64,000 bases of DNA from assembly GCA_963695555.1 (NCBI GenBank), contig CAVOGR010000005.1, positions 288,001 through 352,000 of the forward strand, read 5' to 3'. The notes under the pieces were generated by a model, which was not told where the DNA came from, searched no databases, and was given only the letters and a program-made list of their open reading frames with translations. Shown one piece after another: positions 1-11,063 of the stretch. This DNA is from an uncultured Gemmatimonadales bacterium (GTDB lineage Bacteria; Gemmatimonadota; Gemmatimonadetes; Gemmatimonadales; GWC2-71-9). The first letter of the stretch is position 1, and each line of letters starts with the position of its first letter. A program made the position numbers and the translations under genes.

Positions 1-1506
1 GTGGGCGTCCTTCCCGTTCTCATGGGTCCGCCCGCGCTTGCCAAGCGGCTCGCCCTGGTCATCGCCCTGGCCGAGTTCGTCCTGTCGCTGGGGTTGTGGT
101 GGGCGTTTGATCAGATGGACGGAGGCATGCAGTTCGCGTCGGCAGCGCCGTGGCTTCCGGGATGGGGCATCTACTACCGCGTCGGGCTCGACGGGATCTC
201 GCTGTTTATGGTACTGCTCACCACGGCACTGATGCCGCTGAGCGTATTGGGAAGTTGGACCTCTATCACCAGCAAGGAACGTGGGTACTACGCGCTCATG
301 CTCGTGCTGCTCACGGGCATGATTGGCGTGTTCGTCGCCACCGACCTGTTCCTGTTCTACGTCTTCTGGGAAGTGATGCTGATTCCGATGTACTTCATCA
401 TCGGGGTCTGGGGCGGTCAGAATCGACTCTACGCCGCCATCAAGTTCTTCATCTATACGATGGCGGGATCGCTCCTCATGCTGTTGGCGATCCTTGCCAT
501 GGTGTGGCAGATCGGCAGCATCACCGGCGAGTTGAATTTCAGCTATGCCCACGTGCTGGCCCACGCCAACGTGGTCCACACCATGGCACCGTGGCTGTTC
601 GCCGCCTTCGCGCTGGCCTTTGCGATCAAGGTGCCGGTGTTTCCGTTCCACACGTGGTTGCCGGATGCCCACGTCGAGGCCCCGACTGCGGGCAGCGTGC
701 TCCTGGCCGGTGTGCTCCTCAAAATGGGCACCTACGGGTTCCTGCGCTTCGGGGTGCCGTTCTTTCCCGAGGTTGCCATGAGCCCGGTGGTGAGCAACCT
801 CGTCATCGGGCTCGCCGTGGCCGGCATCATTTATGGTGCCCTGGTGGCGCTGGTCCAACCGGATATCAAGAAGCTGGTGGCGTACTCCTCGGTGAGTCAC
901 CTGGGATTCGTCATGCTCGGGATCTGGGCCGCGACGCTCCAGAGCGTCGAGGGCGCCCTCATGATCATGATCAGCCACGGACTGTCCACCGGCGCCCTCT
1001 TCTTTCTGGTCGGGATGCTGTACGAACGGCGGCATACCCGTGAGATCGCCGCGTTCGGCGGCCTCGCCCGGGTGATTCCCATCTTCAGCCTGATCCTGAC
1101 CGTGGTTGCCCTCTCCTCGATCGGGCTGCCCGGATTGAACGGCTTCGTCGGCGAGTTCCTGGTATTGCTCGGCAGCTTCGCAGGTCATCCATGGGCGACG
1201 GGACTGGCCGCGACGGGCGTGATCTTTGCCGCCGCCTACCTCCTTCGCGCACTCCAGCGGCTGATCTACAATCCGCTCGAGCAGCCGGAGAACCGATCCC
1301 TCAAGGATCTGACCCCCCGAGAACTGGTGGTGCTCCTGCCGATCGTGGCGGGTATCGTATGGATGGGGCTCTATCCGAAGCCCTTGCTTCAGCGGATGGA
1401 ATCCGCGGCACAGCGCTACGTCGAGTACGTCGAGGCGGGCCGTGGTGCCGGGCCGGCCCGCTCGGGCGTGGCCATTGAGCCCGATAGCGCGAGGGCCGAG
1501 CCATGA
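1..1506 (+). CDS. nuoM: NADH-quinone oxidoreductase subunit M (5' end may lie outside window)
   Basis: Polytopic membrane protein with motifs FYVFWEVMLIPMY, PFHTWLPDAHVEAP, LLKMGTYG, VAYSSVSHLG; upstream of nuoN. Confidence 0.95.
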   Translation: MGVLPVLMGPPALAKRLALVIALAEFVLSLGLWWAFDQMDGGMQFASAAPWLPGWGIYYRVGLDGISLFMVLLTTALMPLSVLGSWTSITSKERGYYALMLVLLTGMIGVFVATDLFLFYVFWEVMLIPMYFIIGVWGGQNRLYAAIKFFIYTMAGSLLMLLAILAMVWQIGSITGELNFSYAHVLAHANVVHTMAPWLFAAFALAFAIKVPVFPFHTWLPDAHVEAPTAGSVLLAGVLLKMGTYGFLRFGVPFFPEVAMSPVVSNLVIGLAVAGIIYGALVALVQPDIKKLVAYSSVSHLGFVMLGIWAATLQSVEGALMIMISHGLSTGALFFLVGMLYERRHTREIAAFGGLARVIPIFSLILTVVALSSIGLPGLNGFVGEFLVLLGSFAGHPWATGLAATGVIFAAAYLLRALQRLIYNPLEQPENRSLKDLTPRELVVLLPIVAGIVWMGLYPKPLLQRMESAAQRYVEYVEAGRGAGPARSGVAIEPDSARAEP

Positions 1507-3005
1507 GGCCGATCGACCTGGCGACGCCGCTCGGGGCCACCTGGGCCCTGTTGCCCGAGATCATTCTCGCGACCGCGGCCATGGGGGTGCTGTTGGTGGT
1601 CGGGTGGCGCCATCGATCGGAGCAAGACAGCCGGCTGGCCGGCTGGCTCAGCCTGGGTGCGTTGCTGGTGAGCGGCGTGGGCTTGATGTACGTGTGGACG
1701 GAGGGTCTTTCCCCGATCGGGCTCGAGACCATGATCGCGGTCGACTCGTTCCGGTATGCGGCCAGTGCGCTCTTTCTCCTCTTTAGCGCCCTGACGATCG
1801 TGCTTTCCCTTGGCTACCTCGAGCGCGAGCGCATGTTGGCCCCCGAGTATTACTGTCTGATCCTGCTCTGTACGGCCGGCATGATGTTCCTCGGCGCCGC
1901 TGTCGACCTGATCGTGGTGTTTCTTGGCCTCGAAGTCATGTCCATCGCCGCCTACGTGCTGGCGGGCTACGACCGGCGGAGCATCTTCTCCGCAGAGGCC
2001 GGCCTCAAGTATTTCCTCGTGGGTGCGTTTGCCTCGGGCTTCCTGCTCTACGGCATCGCCCTGGTGTACGGCGCGACCGGCACCACCAACATCTTCTTGA
2101 TCGGCGCGCAGTTCTCGGGCGGACAGATTCCGGTGCTGGGTCTCCTCGGGCTGGGCCTTCTCCTCATCGGATTCGGCTTCAAAGTCTCGGCCGTTCCGTT
2201 CCACATGTGGGCGCCCGACGTGTACGATGGGGCGCCCACACCGGTCACGGGCCTCATGGCAACGGGAGTCAAGGCTGCTGCCTTCGTGGCGCTGGTTCGG
2301 CTTCTGATGCAGGCATTTCCGGGTGCCGAAAGCGTCTGGCAGCCCATCATCGGGACCTTGGCGATCGCCACCATGGTGGTGGGCAACCTGGTGGCGTTGG
2401 CCCAGCGATCGTTGAAGCGAATGCTGGCGTATAGCTCCGTGGCACACGCCGGCTACCTGCTGGTGGCCGTCTGGCCCGGCTCCCGGGCCGGTGCGGCAGC
2501 GCTCATCCTGTATCTCTTGGCCTACGGACTGACCACGCTCGCGACCTTCGGCTTCCTGGCGGCCCTCGGACGTCGCGGCGAACGGGATGTGACGCTGCAG
2601 AGTATTGCCGGCTTGAGTCGAAATCGTCCGTGGATGGCCTTCGGCCTGAGCGTGTGCATGATGTCGCTGCTCGGATTCCCCGGGACGTTCGGGTTCATGG
2701 CCAAGTGGCTGGTGTTGAGCAGCGTGGTCCTGGAGCAGCAGTGGGTCCTCGCCGTCGTCCTGGTGCTGGCCAGTGTCGTGTCCGCGGGCTATTACCTTCC
2801 CGTGGTCATGTCGATGTACATGAAGGAACCGGCCGGAGAAGACGTCCACCGCGACATCTACGTCCCCGGCCCGGCTATGGGAGTGTTGGTCGGCGCCGTC
2901 GGTGCGCTCCTCCTGTTCGGCGTGTGGCCCAGTGGGGTCATCGCGGTCGCGCTGAGAAGTGCGTTGCCCCTGTTGGAGCGTGCGTTGACCATCGCCGGTT
3001 CCTGA
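1503..3005 (+). CDS. nuoN: NADH-quinone oxidoreductase subunit N
   Basis: Motifs EAGLKYFLVG, FKVSAVPFHMWAPDVYDGAP, KRMLAYSSVAHAGY; ATGA overlap with nuoM. Confidence 0.95.
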   Translation: MRPIDLATPLGATWALLPEIILATAAMGVLLVVGWRHRSEQDSRLAGWLSLGALLVSGVGLMYVWTEGLSPIGLETMIAVDSFRYAASALFLLFSALTIVLSLGYLERERMLAPEYYCLILLCTAGMMFLGAAVDLIVVFLGLEVMSIAAYVLAGYDRRSIFSAEAGLKYFLVGAFASGFLLYGIALVYGATGTTNIFLIGAQFSGGQIPVLGLLGLGLLLIGFGFKVSAVPFHMWAPDVYDGAPTPVTGLMATGVKAAAFVALVRLLMQAFPGAESVWQPIIGTLAIATMVVGNLVALAQRSLKRMLAYSSVAHAGYLLVAVWPGSRAGAAALILYLLAYGLTTLATFGFLAALGRRGERDVTLQSIAGLSRNRPWMAFGLSVCMMSLLGFPGTFGFMAKWLVLSSVVLEQQWVLAVVLVLASVVSAGYYLPVVMSMYMKEPAGEDVHRDIYVPGPAMGVLVGAVGALLLFGVWPSGVIAVALRSALPLLERALTIAGS

Positions 3006-3067
3006 GACTTCCCCCAACCCAATGATGGCCGGTCCGACCGGCCATCGCTCGAGCGACAGGCGTTTCC

Positions 3068-4438
3068 ATGGACGTCCCTGCTTCCATCTTCCGAGAATAC
3101 GATGTCCGCGGTGTGATCGACCGCGAGCTGACACCCGAGTTTGCCGCCGCGCTGGGCCGGGCGTATGCCAGCATGGGGTGGACCCGGCTGAGCCGGAGTC
3201 CCGTCATTGCTGTTGGGCGGGACAATAGGCCGTCGGGACCCGCCTTGAGTGAAGGCCTTCGCCGAGGCCTGGCTGAGGCGGGCGCCACCGTGGTGGACGT
3301 GGGCATGCTGCCCACGCCGGCGCTCTATTTTGCGGTGGCCGAGTTGGGGCTGGACGGTGGGATCCAGGTCACCGGATCGCACAATCCGCCGGAATTCAAC
3401 GGATTCAAGATGGTATTCGGCGGCGATGCGCTGTTCGGGCATGAGATCCTGGCCCTGCGCGACGTGATTCTGGCCGAATCCTGGCGCGAAGGGCAGGGAA
3501 AGCAACTCAGCAACGCGTCCGTGCTGGTCCGCTACCGTGCGGCCATCACCGAGCGCAACCCGCTGGAGCGCCCGGTCCGTGTGGTGGTCGACTGCGGCAA
3601 CGGCGTCGGGAGCCTCGTCACCGTCGAGACCTTGCGCGGTCTAGGCGCGGAGGTCACGCCGCTGTTCTGCGAATCCGACGGCACGTTCCCGAACCATCAT
3701 CCCGACCCGACCGTCGTGGAAAACCTCACCGACTTGCAGGAAGAAGTGCGGCGCAGCAAGGCCGAGCTGGGCATTGCATTCGACGGGGACGCGGATCGGA
3801 TCGGCGCGGTGGATGAGACGGGCAAGGTCATCTTCGGCGATCAGCTCCTGGTTCTGTTTGGCCGTGACGCCGTCCGACGCTTCGGCCCGGGGTGTCAGGT
3901 CATCTTCGACGTGAAGTGCTCCGACGTGCTGCCCCAAGCGCTCATCGCGGCCGGCGCCGTACCGGTCATGTGGAAGACCGGCCACTCGCTGATCAAGGCC
4001 AAGATGAAGGAGCTCAAGGCCCCGCTCGCCGGAGAGATGAGCGGCCACATGTTCTTCGGCGGGGATTACTTCGGTTTCGATGACGCGCTCTTTGCCGCGG
4101 CCCGCCTGCTGGCTATCGTGTCGCGGACACCCGGTGGTGTCGGGCGTCTCCTTGCCGATCTGCCCGAGACCTTTGCGACGCCGGAAATCCGGGTCGAGTG
4201 CCCGGAGGAAAGGAAGTTCGCGCTGGTCGAAGCCGCGGTCGAACATTTCGGCCAGCTGCACGAGGTCAACACAATCGACGGGATCCGTATCACCCATCCG
4301 AAAGGGTGGGCGCTCCTACGCGCATCAAACACCCAGCCCGTGTTGGTGCTGCGATTCGAAGCAACCGAGCCTGCCGCGCTCGACACCTATCGGGATGAAG
4401 TCATGGGCTGGCTCAGAGACCAGGGCCTCGAGGTCTAA
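3068..4438 (+). CDS. Phosphomannomutase/phosphoglucomutase
   Basis: IFREYDVRG N-terminus, TGSHNP phosphoserine loop, DGDADR metal site, GEMSGH. Confidence 0.93.
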   Translation: MDVPASIFREYDVRGVIDRELTPEFAAALGRAYASMGWTRLSRSPVIAVGRDNRPSGPALSEGLRRGLAEAGATVVDVGMLPTPALYFAVAELGLDGGIQVTGSHNPPEFNGFKMVFGGDALFGHEILALRDVILAESWREGQGKQLSNASVLVRYRAAITERNPLERPVRVVVDCGNGVGSLVTVETLRGLGAEVTPLFCESDGTFPNHHPDPTVVENLTDLQEEVRRSKAELGIAFDGDADRIGAVDETGKVIFGDQLLVLFGRDAVRRFGPGCQVIFDVKCSDVLPQALIAAGAVPVMWKTGHSLIKAKMKELKAPLAGEMSGHMFFGGDYFGFDDALFAAARLLAIVSRTPGGVGRLLADLPETFATPEIRVECPEERKFALVEAAVEHFGQLHEVNTIDGIRITHPKGWALLRASNTQPVLVLRFEATEPAALDTYRDEVMGWLRDQGLEV

Positions 4439-4442
4439 CTCG

Positions 4443-6890
4443 ATGGGGCGTCACGGTCGAGCCATCGCGACCGGCGCGGTGATCCTGGCCGTGGTGTTGT
4501 TTATCGGCCGGTGGTGCGCCGTGGTCTTGACCGATTACTGGTGGGGCGAGCAGATCGCCCCGGCAGCGGCCGCCTTCCTGTTGCAGATCCACTTGCTCCG
4601 ACTGTCATTGGACGCCCTGGCCGTCACGACGGCCGCAGCCTGGTTCATCGGCAATTTGTTCGTGGTATATCGTGCAGTGAGCGTGGTGCAAATTCCTCGC
4701 TACATGGCCAACCTCGAGATCCGTGAGGCGCTGACCCCGCGTCTGCTGGTGACCGGGGCAGTGGTCGCCGGCGGGGTCCTCGGCCTGGTGGTCGGGCACG
4801 GGGCCTCCACATGGTGGCCGACTGTTGCCGTCGCATGGCATGGGGCCGGCTATGGCATGACCGAGCCGCTGCTCAACCGAGACCTCGGTGTCTATGCTGC
4901 CCAGTTGCCGTTGTGGCGGCTGCTGCATGGCTACGCCCTTCTCCTCGCGATTCTCGGCCTGCTGCTGGTCATTGTGCTGTACCTGGTCGTCGGATCGGTT
5001 CGTTGGCGCGGCGGACGCCCCGCCATCAGCGACCATGCACGACGCCACGTCGGCCTCTTGTTCGTGGCCGTGGCCCTCTGCCTGGTGTGGGGGTACCTCC
5101 TCGAGCCGTATGAGCTCGTCGGCGGCATCAAGCGTCTGGATGACGCGGGGACGTGGGGAGCGCGCGTGTTCGGCGCCCAACTGCTGGCAGGTGTGGCCCT
5201 TGGCACGGCCGTCGCTTCGGCCATCTGGGCCTGGCGCCCACGGCACACATTGTTCCTCTCGCTCTGGGCCATCCTCGTTGCCACGTCGCTTGGCGTCCAC
5301 CTCGTGGCACCGGGGGTTTCCCGCGACGGGAATCCGGTCGTGTCCGAAGCAACTGCCCGAGCACTCGAAGCCATCGCCTTTGAGCTCCGCGGCCTGAATA
5401 CTCTGTCTGTGGCGCCACTGGAGTCGCCGGGGCCCGGGCGACCGCTCATGGCGTTGTGGGATACCCGCTCCGTTGCGCTGCTCGCCCCGGGACCGGACTC
5501 AGCAGAGTTGGTGGCGGTGAGCCCGGCCACCGTGTCGCTCGACGGTGTGCGCCGGCCGGTGTGGCTCATGGTGCGCGAGGCGCCGTCGGAGGCGACGCTC
5601 ATCTCGGCCATTGCCGGCGACCGCGCCGCCGCCAACGGAAGCGCCATGTCCTACCGGCTCGGCGACACCGTCGCCTATCCGTCGCTCACAACCATGCTCG
5701 AGCTGCCGCCCGGCGCACTCCATCCGTTGGCACGGCTGTACCGGGTGGATTCCTTGCGAGCCGGGTTCCGAGTGGATTCGTGGTTCAGGCGCGTGATGTT
5801 GGCCTGGGGACTGCAGGTCGGCAGCGTTCTCCGTGGTCTGCCCGACAATTCCACGATCACCTGGAACCTGGCCCCGGAGACACGTCTCCGCCGGCTGGCG
5901 CCGTTTGCGGAGTGGGATGCCCCCGTTCCCCGCGTGGTTGATGGGGAACTGATCTGGGTATCGACCGGCTACGTCCGTTCCGAAAGCTTTCCACTCGTTG
6001 CCGAGGAACACTGGCGCGGGTCGGACGTCCGGGTCGTGGCGGCGGGGTTTCTCGGGACCGTGCACAGCCTTACCGGCGAAACCCATGTCTATCACCGGCA
6101 GCCCAACGATCCGCTCTCAGCCGCATGGGCCAGCCTGGCGCCGGGAGTCGTGGAGCCAGCGACGGCCATTCCGGGTTCGGTCGAGCGGGTCGCGCCCTAT
6201 CCCGCGGAGTTGTTTCGAATGCAAGCGCGGGTGCTCGAGCGACCAGCGTGGGGACTGGGCCGACAGGTTCAGGCCCGGGGCACGCCGGCCTCACCGGCGG
6301 ATGCGTCGGTCACGTGGGCAGGGACCAGCGAGCAACCGGCCATGACTGCGGCCTACGCCCAACCGGGGAAACGCCTCGTCAGCGCGGTACTGGAGGGCTC
6401 GCGTGATGGGCGAGACGTGCTCCGGCTGGCATATCTCGACAGTGTGGCGGGCACGGCGCTGCCGCAGGTGCTCGAGGCGCGGTGGCAGCGCTTTCCGCTC
6501 TACGAGCAGATTCGCGACTCGGTGATCGCGGATGGTGCCGAGTTTGCGACCGGGCCTGTTCGGTACAGCTTGTTCATGGGCGGCGTGTTGGCGACCCAGG
6601 CGTACTTCGGCCGACGGGGCGCGACCGGCCGGCCGCAATTGACCTGGACGGCAGTCGGCTATCACGAGCGCCTCGGCGCTGGCCGCAACGCGGACGAAGC
6701 CTGGACCAACATGTTGGGCGAATCGGCTCCGGCGCCGCCGGGGCTTGGGCCGGTCAGTCGGTTCGAGGAAGCGCGGCGCTGGATGGTGCGCGCCGACTCG
6801 GCCCTTCGCACCGGCCGGTGGGAGGATTTCGGAACGGCTTTCGAGTCGCTCCGACGCGTGTTCGAGGTGCGGCGTGACAGCGCGCGTTAG
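4443..6890 (+). CDS. UPF0182 family membrane protein (divergent)
   Basis: N-terminal TM region (TDYWW, EPLLNRDLG..YAAQLP) and RLRRLAPFAEWD..VVDGELIW and C-terminal ALRTGRWEDFG resemble UPF0182; start moved to ATG 4443 just after the PMM stop. Confidence 0.7.
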   Translation: MGRHGRAIATGAVILAVVLFIGRWCAVVLTDYWWGEQIAPAAAAFLLQIHLLRLSLDALAVTTAAAWFIGNLFVVYRAVSVVQIPRYMANLEIREALTPRLLVTGAVVAGGVLGLVVGHGASTWWPTVAVAWHGAGYGMTEPLLNRDLGVYAAQLPLWRLLHGYALLLAILGLLLVIVLYLVVGSVRWRGGRPAISDHARRHVGLLFVAVALCLVWGYLLEPYELVGGIKRLDDAGTWGARVFGAQLLAGVALGTAVASAIWAWRPRHTLFLSLWAILVATSLGVHLVAPGVSRDGNPVVSEATARALEAIAFELRGLNTLSVAPLESPGPGRPLMALWDTRSVALLAPGPDSAELVAVSPATVSLDGVRRPVWLMVREAPSEATLISAIAGDRAAANGSAMSYRLGDTVAYPSLTTMLELPPGALHPLARLYRVDSLRAGFRVDSWFRRVMLAWGLQVGSVLRGLPDNSTITWNLAPETRLRRLAPFAEWDAPVPRVVDGELIWVSTGYVRSESFPLVAEEHWRGSDVRVVAAGFLGTVHSLTGETHVYHRQPNDPLSAAWASLAPGVVEPATAIPGSVERVAPYPAELFRMQARVLERPAWGLGRQVQARGTPASPADASVTWAGTSEQPAMTAAYAQPGKRLVSAVLEGSRDGRDVLRLAYLDSVAGTALPQVLEARWQRFPLYEQIRDSVIADGAEFATGPVRYSLFMGGVLATQAYFGRRGATGRPQLTWTAVGYHERLGAGRNADEAWTNMLGESAPAPPGLGPVSRFEEARRWMVRADSALRTGRWEDFGTAFESLRRVFEVRRDSAR

Positions 6891-6929
6891 GTTCCCCTTG
6901 CGTTCGGCCTGGACTAGGTTCCGGACCCC

Positions 6930-7904
6930 GTGACGAAGCAATCTACGGCTGAGCCGTCCCGCACCGTGGTCGTTGCACTGGGTGGCAATGCGCTGGCCCC
7001 GGAGTCCTCGGCCTCCAGCATAACGGCTCAGTTCCGGCATTCGCGCGCAAGCGTCCTTCCCCTGATCCAATTTGCCCAGGAAGGCTGGCACATCGCGCTG
7101 GTCCACGGCAACGGGCCGCAGGTGGGCGATGAGCTGGTGCGCCAGGAACTGGCGCGGCACGTGGCGGAGCCGCTGCCGTTGGGTGTGCTCGTTGCGGGGA
7201 CCGCAGGCTGGCTGGGCTACATGCTCCAACAGGTGATCCAAAACCAGCTCGAGAAAGTTGGCATCGTGCGTGAGGTGGTCACGCTAATCACGCAGACCAT
7301 CGTCGACCCGAACGACCCGCTGCTCGCGCGGCCAACAAAGCCGATCGGACATGCGCTGAGCAAGGAGGACGCGGAGGCCATGCAGCGTAATGGTGTGGCG
7401 GTGGGGAAGGACGGTGCCGGGGATTGGCGGCGGCTGGCTTCGAGCCCGCGCCCACTGAGTGTGGTCGAAGCGCCGCTGGTCAAGCGCCTGGTGGAGGCGG
7501 GAGTGATTGTTATCGCGGCGGGCGGAGGCGGGCCAGCGGTCTATCATCATCCGGTCACCGGCTACGAGGGCCTCGACGTGGTCGTGGACAAGGACCGCGT
7601 AGCGACCGTCCTGGCGACCGAGCTTGGCGCCGAGGTCCTGCTCATCCTGACCGATGTCGATGCGGTGTATCGAAATTGGAAGACACCTGAGGCAGAGCCC
7701 ATCCGTGGCATGTCACTGGCCGAGGCTGAGGCCATGCTCGAAGACGGGAGTTTGGGTGAGGGTGGTATGCGGCCCAAGGTCGAGGCCGCGGTCGGATTCG
7801 TGCGTGCCCGCGGGGTCGGTGCCCGGGCCATCATTGCCCATTTGGCGCATGGATCGGAGGCGCTGAGGGGCGAAACAGGAACAATCATCCAGAGGGAGTC
7901 GTGA
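6930..7904 (+). CDS. arcC: Carbamate kinase
   Basis: VVALGGNAL, HGNGPQVG, PTKPIG, AAGGGG, VVDKD, GGMRPKVEAA. Confidence 0.88.
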   Translation: MTKQSTAEPSRTVVVALGGNALAPESSASSITAQFRHSRASVLPLIQFAQEGWHIALVHGNGPQVGDELVRQELARHVAEPLPLGVLVAGTAGWLGYMLQQVIQNQLEKVGIVREVVTLITQTIVDPNDPLLARPTKPIGHALSKEDAEAMQRNGVAVGKDGAGDWRRLASSPRPLSVVEAPLVKRLVEAGVIVIAAGGGGPAVYHHPVTGYEGLDVVVDKDRVATVLATELGAEVLLILTDVDAVYRNWKTPEAEPIRGMSLAEAEAMLEDGSLGEGGMRPKVEAAVGFVRARGVGARAIIAHLAHGSEALRGETGTIIQRES

Positions 7905-9040
7905 ACCTACACGAATATCAAGCGCGGACGCTCTTCCACGCAGCCGGGATTCCAACGCTGGGCGGAGACGTGGCATCCACGCCGGCGGAGGCTGAGGAAA
8001 TCGCACGCGGCTTGGGCAAGAGCGTCGTGGTCAAGGCACAGGTCCATGCGGGCGGGCGGGGCAAGGCCGGCGGGGTCAAGCTGGCGGCCACTCCCTCCGA
8101 GGCGGGCATGTGGGCGGAAAAGATCCTGGCGCTCACCATCAAGGGACTGCCGGTCAAGCGGGTATTGGTGGTGCCGGCCGCCGAGATTGCGAGCGAAACC
8201 TACGTTGGGCTGATCATGGATCGGGAGACGCAGCGTCCGGTGTTCATGGTGAGTGCCGCCGGCGGTGTCGACATCGAGGAGGTCGCGGCAAAGACCCCCG
8301 AGAAGATCACTCGCTTGGCGGTCGATCCGCGTTACGGCTTGCTGCCGCATCAGGCAATGGGGCTCGCCTTCACGCTGTACCAGGATTTCGGCCAGGTGCG
8401 GGCGGCGGCCAAGATCATGGGCCAGCTCTATCAGGCCTTCGTGGACAACGGCGCGTCGTTGGCGGAGATCAACCCGTTAGTGGCCACGGCGAGCGGTCAG
8501 ATTCTCGCGCTCGACGCCAAAGTAGTGCTCGACGATAACGAGGTGGAGCGCCGGCCTGATCTGGAGGCTCTGCGGGATGAGTCGGCTGAAGATCCCAGCG
8601 AGGTCGCAGCGCGGCAGGCAGGGCTGTCGTTCATCAAGCTGAGCGGCAATGTCGGGTGCGTGGTGAACGGTGCCGGGCTGGCCATGGCGACGATGGACCT
8701 GGTCAAGTATTACGGGGGGGAACCTGCCAACTTCCTCGACATTGGCGGCAGCTCCAATCCCGACAAGGTGGTCAATGCGCTGCGCATCATCACCACCGAC
8801 CGGGACGTGAAGGCGATCCTGTTCAATATCTTCGGCGGCATCACCAGGACCGACGACGTGGCCAACGGCATCGTCGCGGCCACGAGAGAATTCCAGGTCG
8901 GCGTCCCGATCGTCATCCGACTGACCGGCACGAACGAGGCCGAAGCGATCGAGATTCTGCGAGGCGTTGGGATGACGGCCTTGAACGACATGGATGAAGC
9001 GGTCCAGCAGGTGGTGAAGCTCGTAAAGGAGGCGGCGTGA
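7901..9040 (+). CDS. sucC: Succinyl-CoA synthetase beta subunit
   Basis: [41 protein letters not shown]. Confidence 0.97.
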   Translation: MNLHEYQARTLFHAAGIPTLGGDVASTPAEAEEIARGLGKSVVVKAQVHAGGRGKAGGVKLAATPSEAGMWAEKILALTIKGLPVKRVLVVPAAEIASETYVGLIMDRETQRPVFMVSAAGGVDIEEVAAKTPEKITRLAVDPRYGLLPHQAMGLAFTLYQDFGQVRAAAKIMGQLYQAFVDNGASLAEINPLVATASGQILALDAKVVLDDNEVERRPDLEALRDESAEDPSEVAARQAGLSFIKLSGNVGCVVNGAGLAMATMDLVKYYGGEPANFLDIGGSSNPDKVVNALRIITTDRDVKAILFNIFGGITRTDDVANGIVAATREFQVGVPIVIRLTGTNEAEAIEILRGVGMTALNDMDEAVQQVVKLVKEAA

Positions 9041-9906
9041 GCATCTTTGTCGACCAATCCACTCGACTGTGCGTCCAAGGCATCACCGGCCGCGACGGAT
9101 CGTTTCATGCCAAGCAGATGTTGGAGTACGGCACGCCCGTGGTTGCCGGGGTCACGCCGGGCAAGGGTGGGCAACGGTTCGAAGGCTCGGTGCCGGTGTT
9201 CGACACTGTGGCCGAGGCGGTTCGGGAGACTGGGGCCAACACCTCCGTCCTCTATGTGCCGCCGGGGTTGGCTGCGGGGGCCATCTACGAGGCGGCCGAT
9301 GCCGGTATCGACCTCGTCGTCTGTATCACGGAAGGCATTCCCGTGTTGGACATGACCCGGGTGATGCTGTTCCTGAAGGAACGCGGAACGCGCCTGGTCG
9401 GCCCGAATTGTCCAGGCGTGATCACACCGGGGGTGGCCAAGGTAGGCATCATTCCCGGGAATATCTGCGCCTCGGGTCGGGTCGGGCTCGTGTCACGAAG
9501 CGGCACCCTCACCTATGAGGTGGTGCACCATCTGACGCGCAATGGCTTGGGCCAAAGCACCTGTGTCGGCATCGGTGGCGATCCGGTGATCGGCACCAAC
9601 TTCATCGATTGCCTCCGAGCCTTCGAGGACGATCCGGCCACGGACGCCATTGTGATCATCGGCGAGATCGGCGGCACGGATGAGCAGAATGCGGCTACGT
9701 TCGTCTCCAAGCATGTCACCAAGCCAGTCGTCGGTTTTATTGCCGGCCAGACCGCGCCGAAGGGACGGCGCATGGGGCACGCAGGCGCCATCATCTCGGG
9801 ATCGTCGGGCACGGCGGCCGAGAAGATCGCGGCGTTCGAGGCGGCGGGGATTGCCGTGATGAAGCGGCCGGCCGAGGTCGTGACCCTGCTTCAAGGCAAG
9901 CTCTAA
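9037..9906 (+). CDS. sucD: Succinyl-CoA synthetase alpha subunit
   Basis: [28 protein letters not shown] phosphohistidine motif. Confidence 0.97.
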   Translation: MSIFVDQSTRLCVQGITGRDGSFHAKQMLEYGTPVVAGVTPGKGGQRFEGSVPVFDTVAEAVRETGANTSVLYVPPGLAAGAIYEAADAGIDLVVCITEGIPVLDMTRVMLFLKERGTRLVGPNCPGVITPGVAKVGIIPGNICASGRVGLVSRSGTLTYEVVHHLTRNGLGQSTCVGIGGDPVIGTNFIDCLRAFEDDPATDAIVIIGEIGGTDEQNAATFVSKHVTKPVVGFIAGQTAPKGRRMGHAGAIISGSSGTAAEKIAAFEAAGIAVMKRPAEVVTLLQGKL

Positions 9907-9909
9907 ACC

Positions 9910-10365
9910 ATGAGGAACACCGTGGCAACGATGACGCTTGGAATTGTGAAACCCGACGCGGTGGGGGCCGGACGTGCCGGCCTCATCCTGGCGCACCTCG
10001 AGCGCGACGGGTTCGTGGTGCGCGCGGCGCGGCTGGTGCAGCTCACGCGGGCCGAGGCCGAAGCCTTCTACGAAGTTCACCGCGGCCGACCGTTCTATGG
10101 CGAGCTGGTAGAGTTCATGACGAGCGGCCCGTGCCTGCCCATGGCGTTGGAGCGGAGCGACGCGGTGGCCCGGCTCCGGGCCGTGATCGGCGCCACCGAC
10201 CCGGCCGAGGCCGACGAGGGCACCATTCGGAAGCTGTACGCCGAATCGAAGGGCCGGAACGCCATTCACGCGTCGGACAGCCCGGAGAATGCCGCACGGG
10301 AGGTTCTGTTCTTCTTTGCCGAGGGCGAGTTGGCGCGGCTCGGCCCGAAATCGGGGATTTCTTGA
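9910..10365 (+). CDS. ndk: Nucleoside diphosphate kinase
   Basis: IVKPDAV, FMTSGP, GTIR, NAIHASDS; start could be GTG 9922. Confidence 0.96.
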   Translation: MRNTVATMTLGIVKPDAVGAGRAGLILAHLERDGFVVRAARLVQLTRAEAEAFYEVHRGRPFYGELVEFMTSGPCLPMALERSDAVARLRAVIGATDPAEADEGTIRKLYAESKGRNAIHASDSPENAAREVLFFFAEGELARLGPKSGIS

Positions 10366-10390
10366 CGTAAGTTCTGTAGCCAGCTACGTT
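10362..10390 (+). promoter_or_regulatory. Sigma70-type promoter for yceD-rpmF-plsX-fab operon
   Basis: TTGACG (10362-67), 17-nt spacer, TACGTT (10385-90); ATG 8 nt downstream with no SD. Confidence 0.6.
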
Positions 10391-10398
10391 TAGTGGCT

Positions 10399-10869
10399 AT
10401 GCTTCGGGTTCCAATCCGGCAGCTTGGGCTCGGCCCCGTCGAGACGGACGGACGGCTCGAACCAGGCGACCCGTTGTTCGCGGGGCTCGACTTCGAGCTC
10501 GACGGGCCGATCGACGTGGCGGGCCGCCTCACGAGTACGGCCGAGGGCGAGGTCGTGTGGCACGCCACGATCTCCGTTCGGGCGCGTGCCGCATGCCGCC
10601 GCTGTCTGGCCGATGTACCGGTGCCGCTCGCGATCGACGTCGATGCCCTGTTCAGCGCGGACCCCGATGTGCTCGATGACCCGGCGGTGTACCCGATGCC
10701 TGAGCGCGCGACGCACCTCGACGTGACCGAGGCCGTGCGTGAGGAAGTCGCGCTCGCCATGCCGGCGTTTAGTTTGTGTCGTGACGACTGTGCCGGGCTG
10801 TGCCCGATATGCGGTACCGATCTCAACGTGGAGGTCTGCGAGTGCGCTGCCTCCACCCGACCTTCATGA
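10399..10869 (+). CDS. yceD: DUF177/YceD family protein
   Basis: CRRCL and LCRDDCAGLCPICG motifs; canonical position before rpmF. Confidence 0.88.
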   Translation: MLRVPIRQLGLGPVETDGRLEPGDPLFAGLDFELDGPIDVAGRLTSTAEGEVVWHATISVRARAACRRCLADVPVPLAIDVDALFSADPDVLDDPAVYPMPERATHLDVTEAVREEVALAMPAFSLCRDDCAGLCPICGTDLNVEVCECAASTRPS

Positions 10870-10878
10870 GGCGATTCC

Positions 10879-11061
10879 ATGGCGGTTCCCAAGCGACGGA
10901 CCTCGAAGTCGCGTAAGCGGCTGCGCCGAGGCCACCATACCGGGGCGGGTGTCATGCCCCAATTGTGCCCGCGCTGCGGGGAGCCAAAGCGCTCCCATCG
11001 CGTGTGCAGCACCTGTGGATACTATCGCGGCAAGCGGGTCCTCGAGGTCGAGGATAGCTGA
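10879..11061 (+). CDS. rpmF: 50S ribosomal protein L32
   Basis: [24 protein letters not shown]. Confidence 0.97.
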   Translation: MAVPKRRTSKSRKRLRRGHHTGAGVMPQLCPRCGEPKRSHRVCSTCGYYRGKRVLEVEDS

Positions 11062-11063
11062 GG

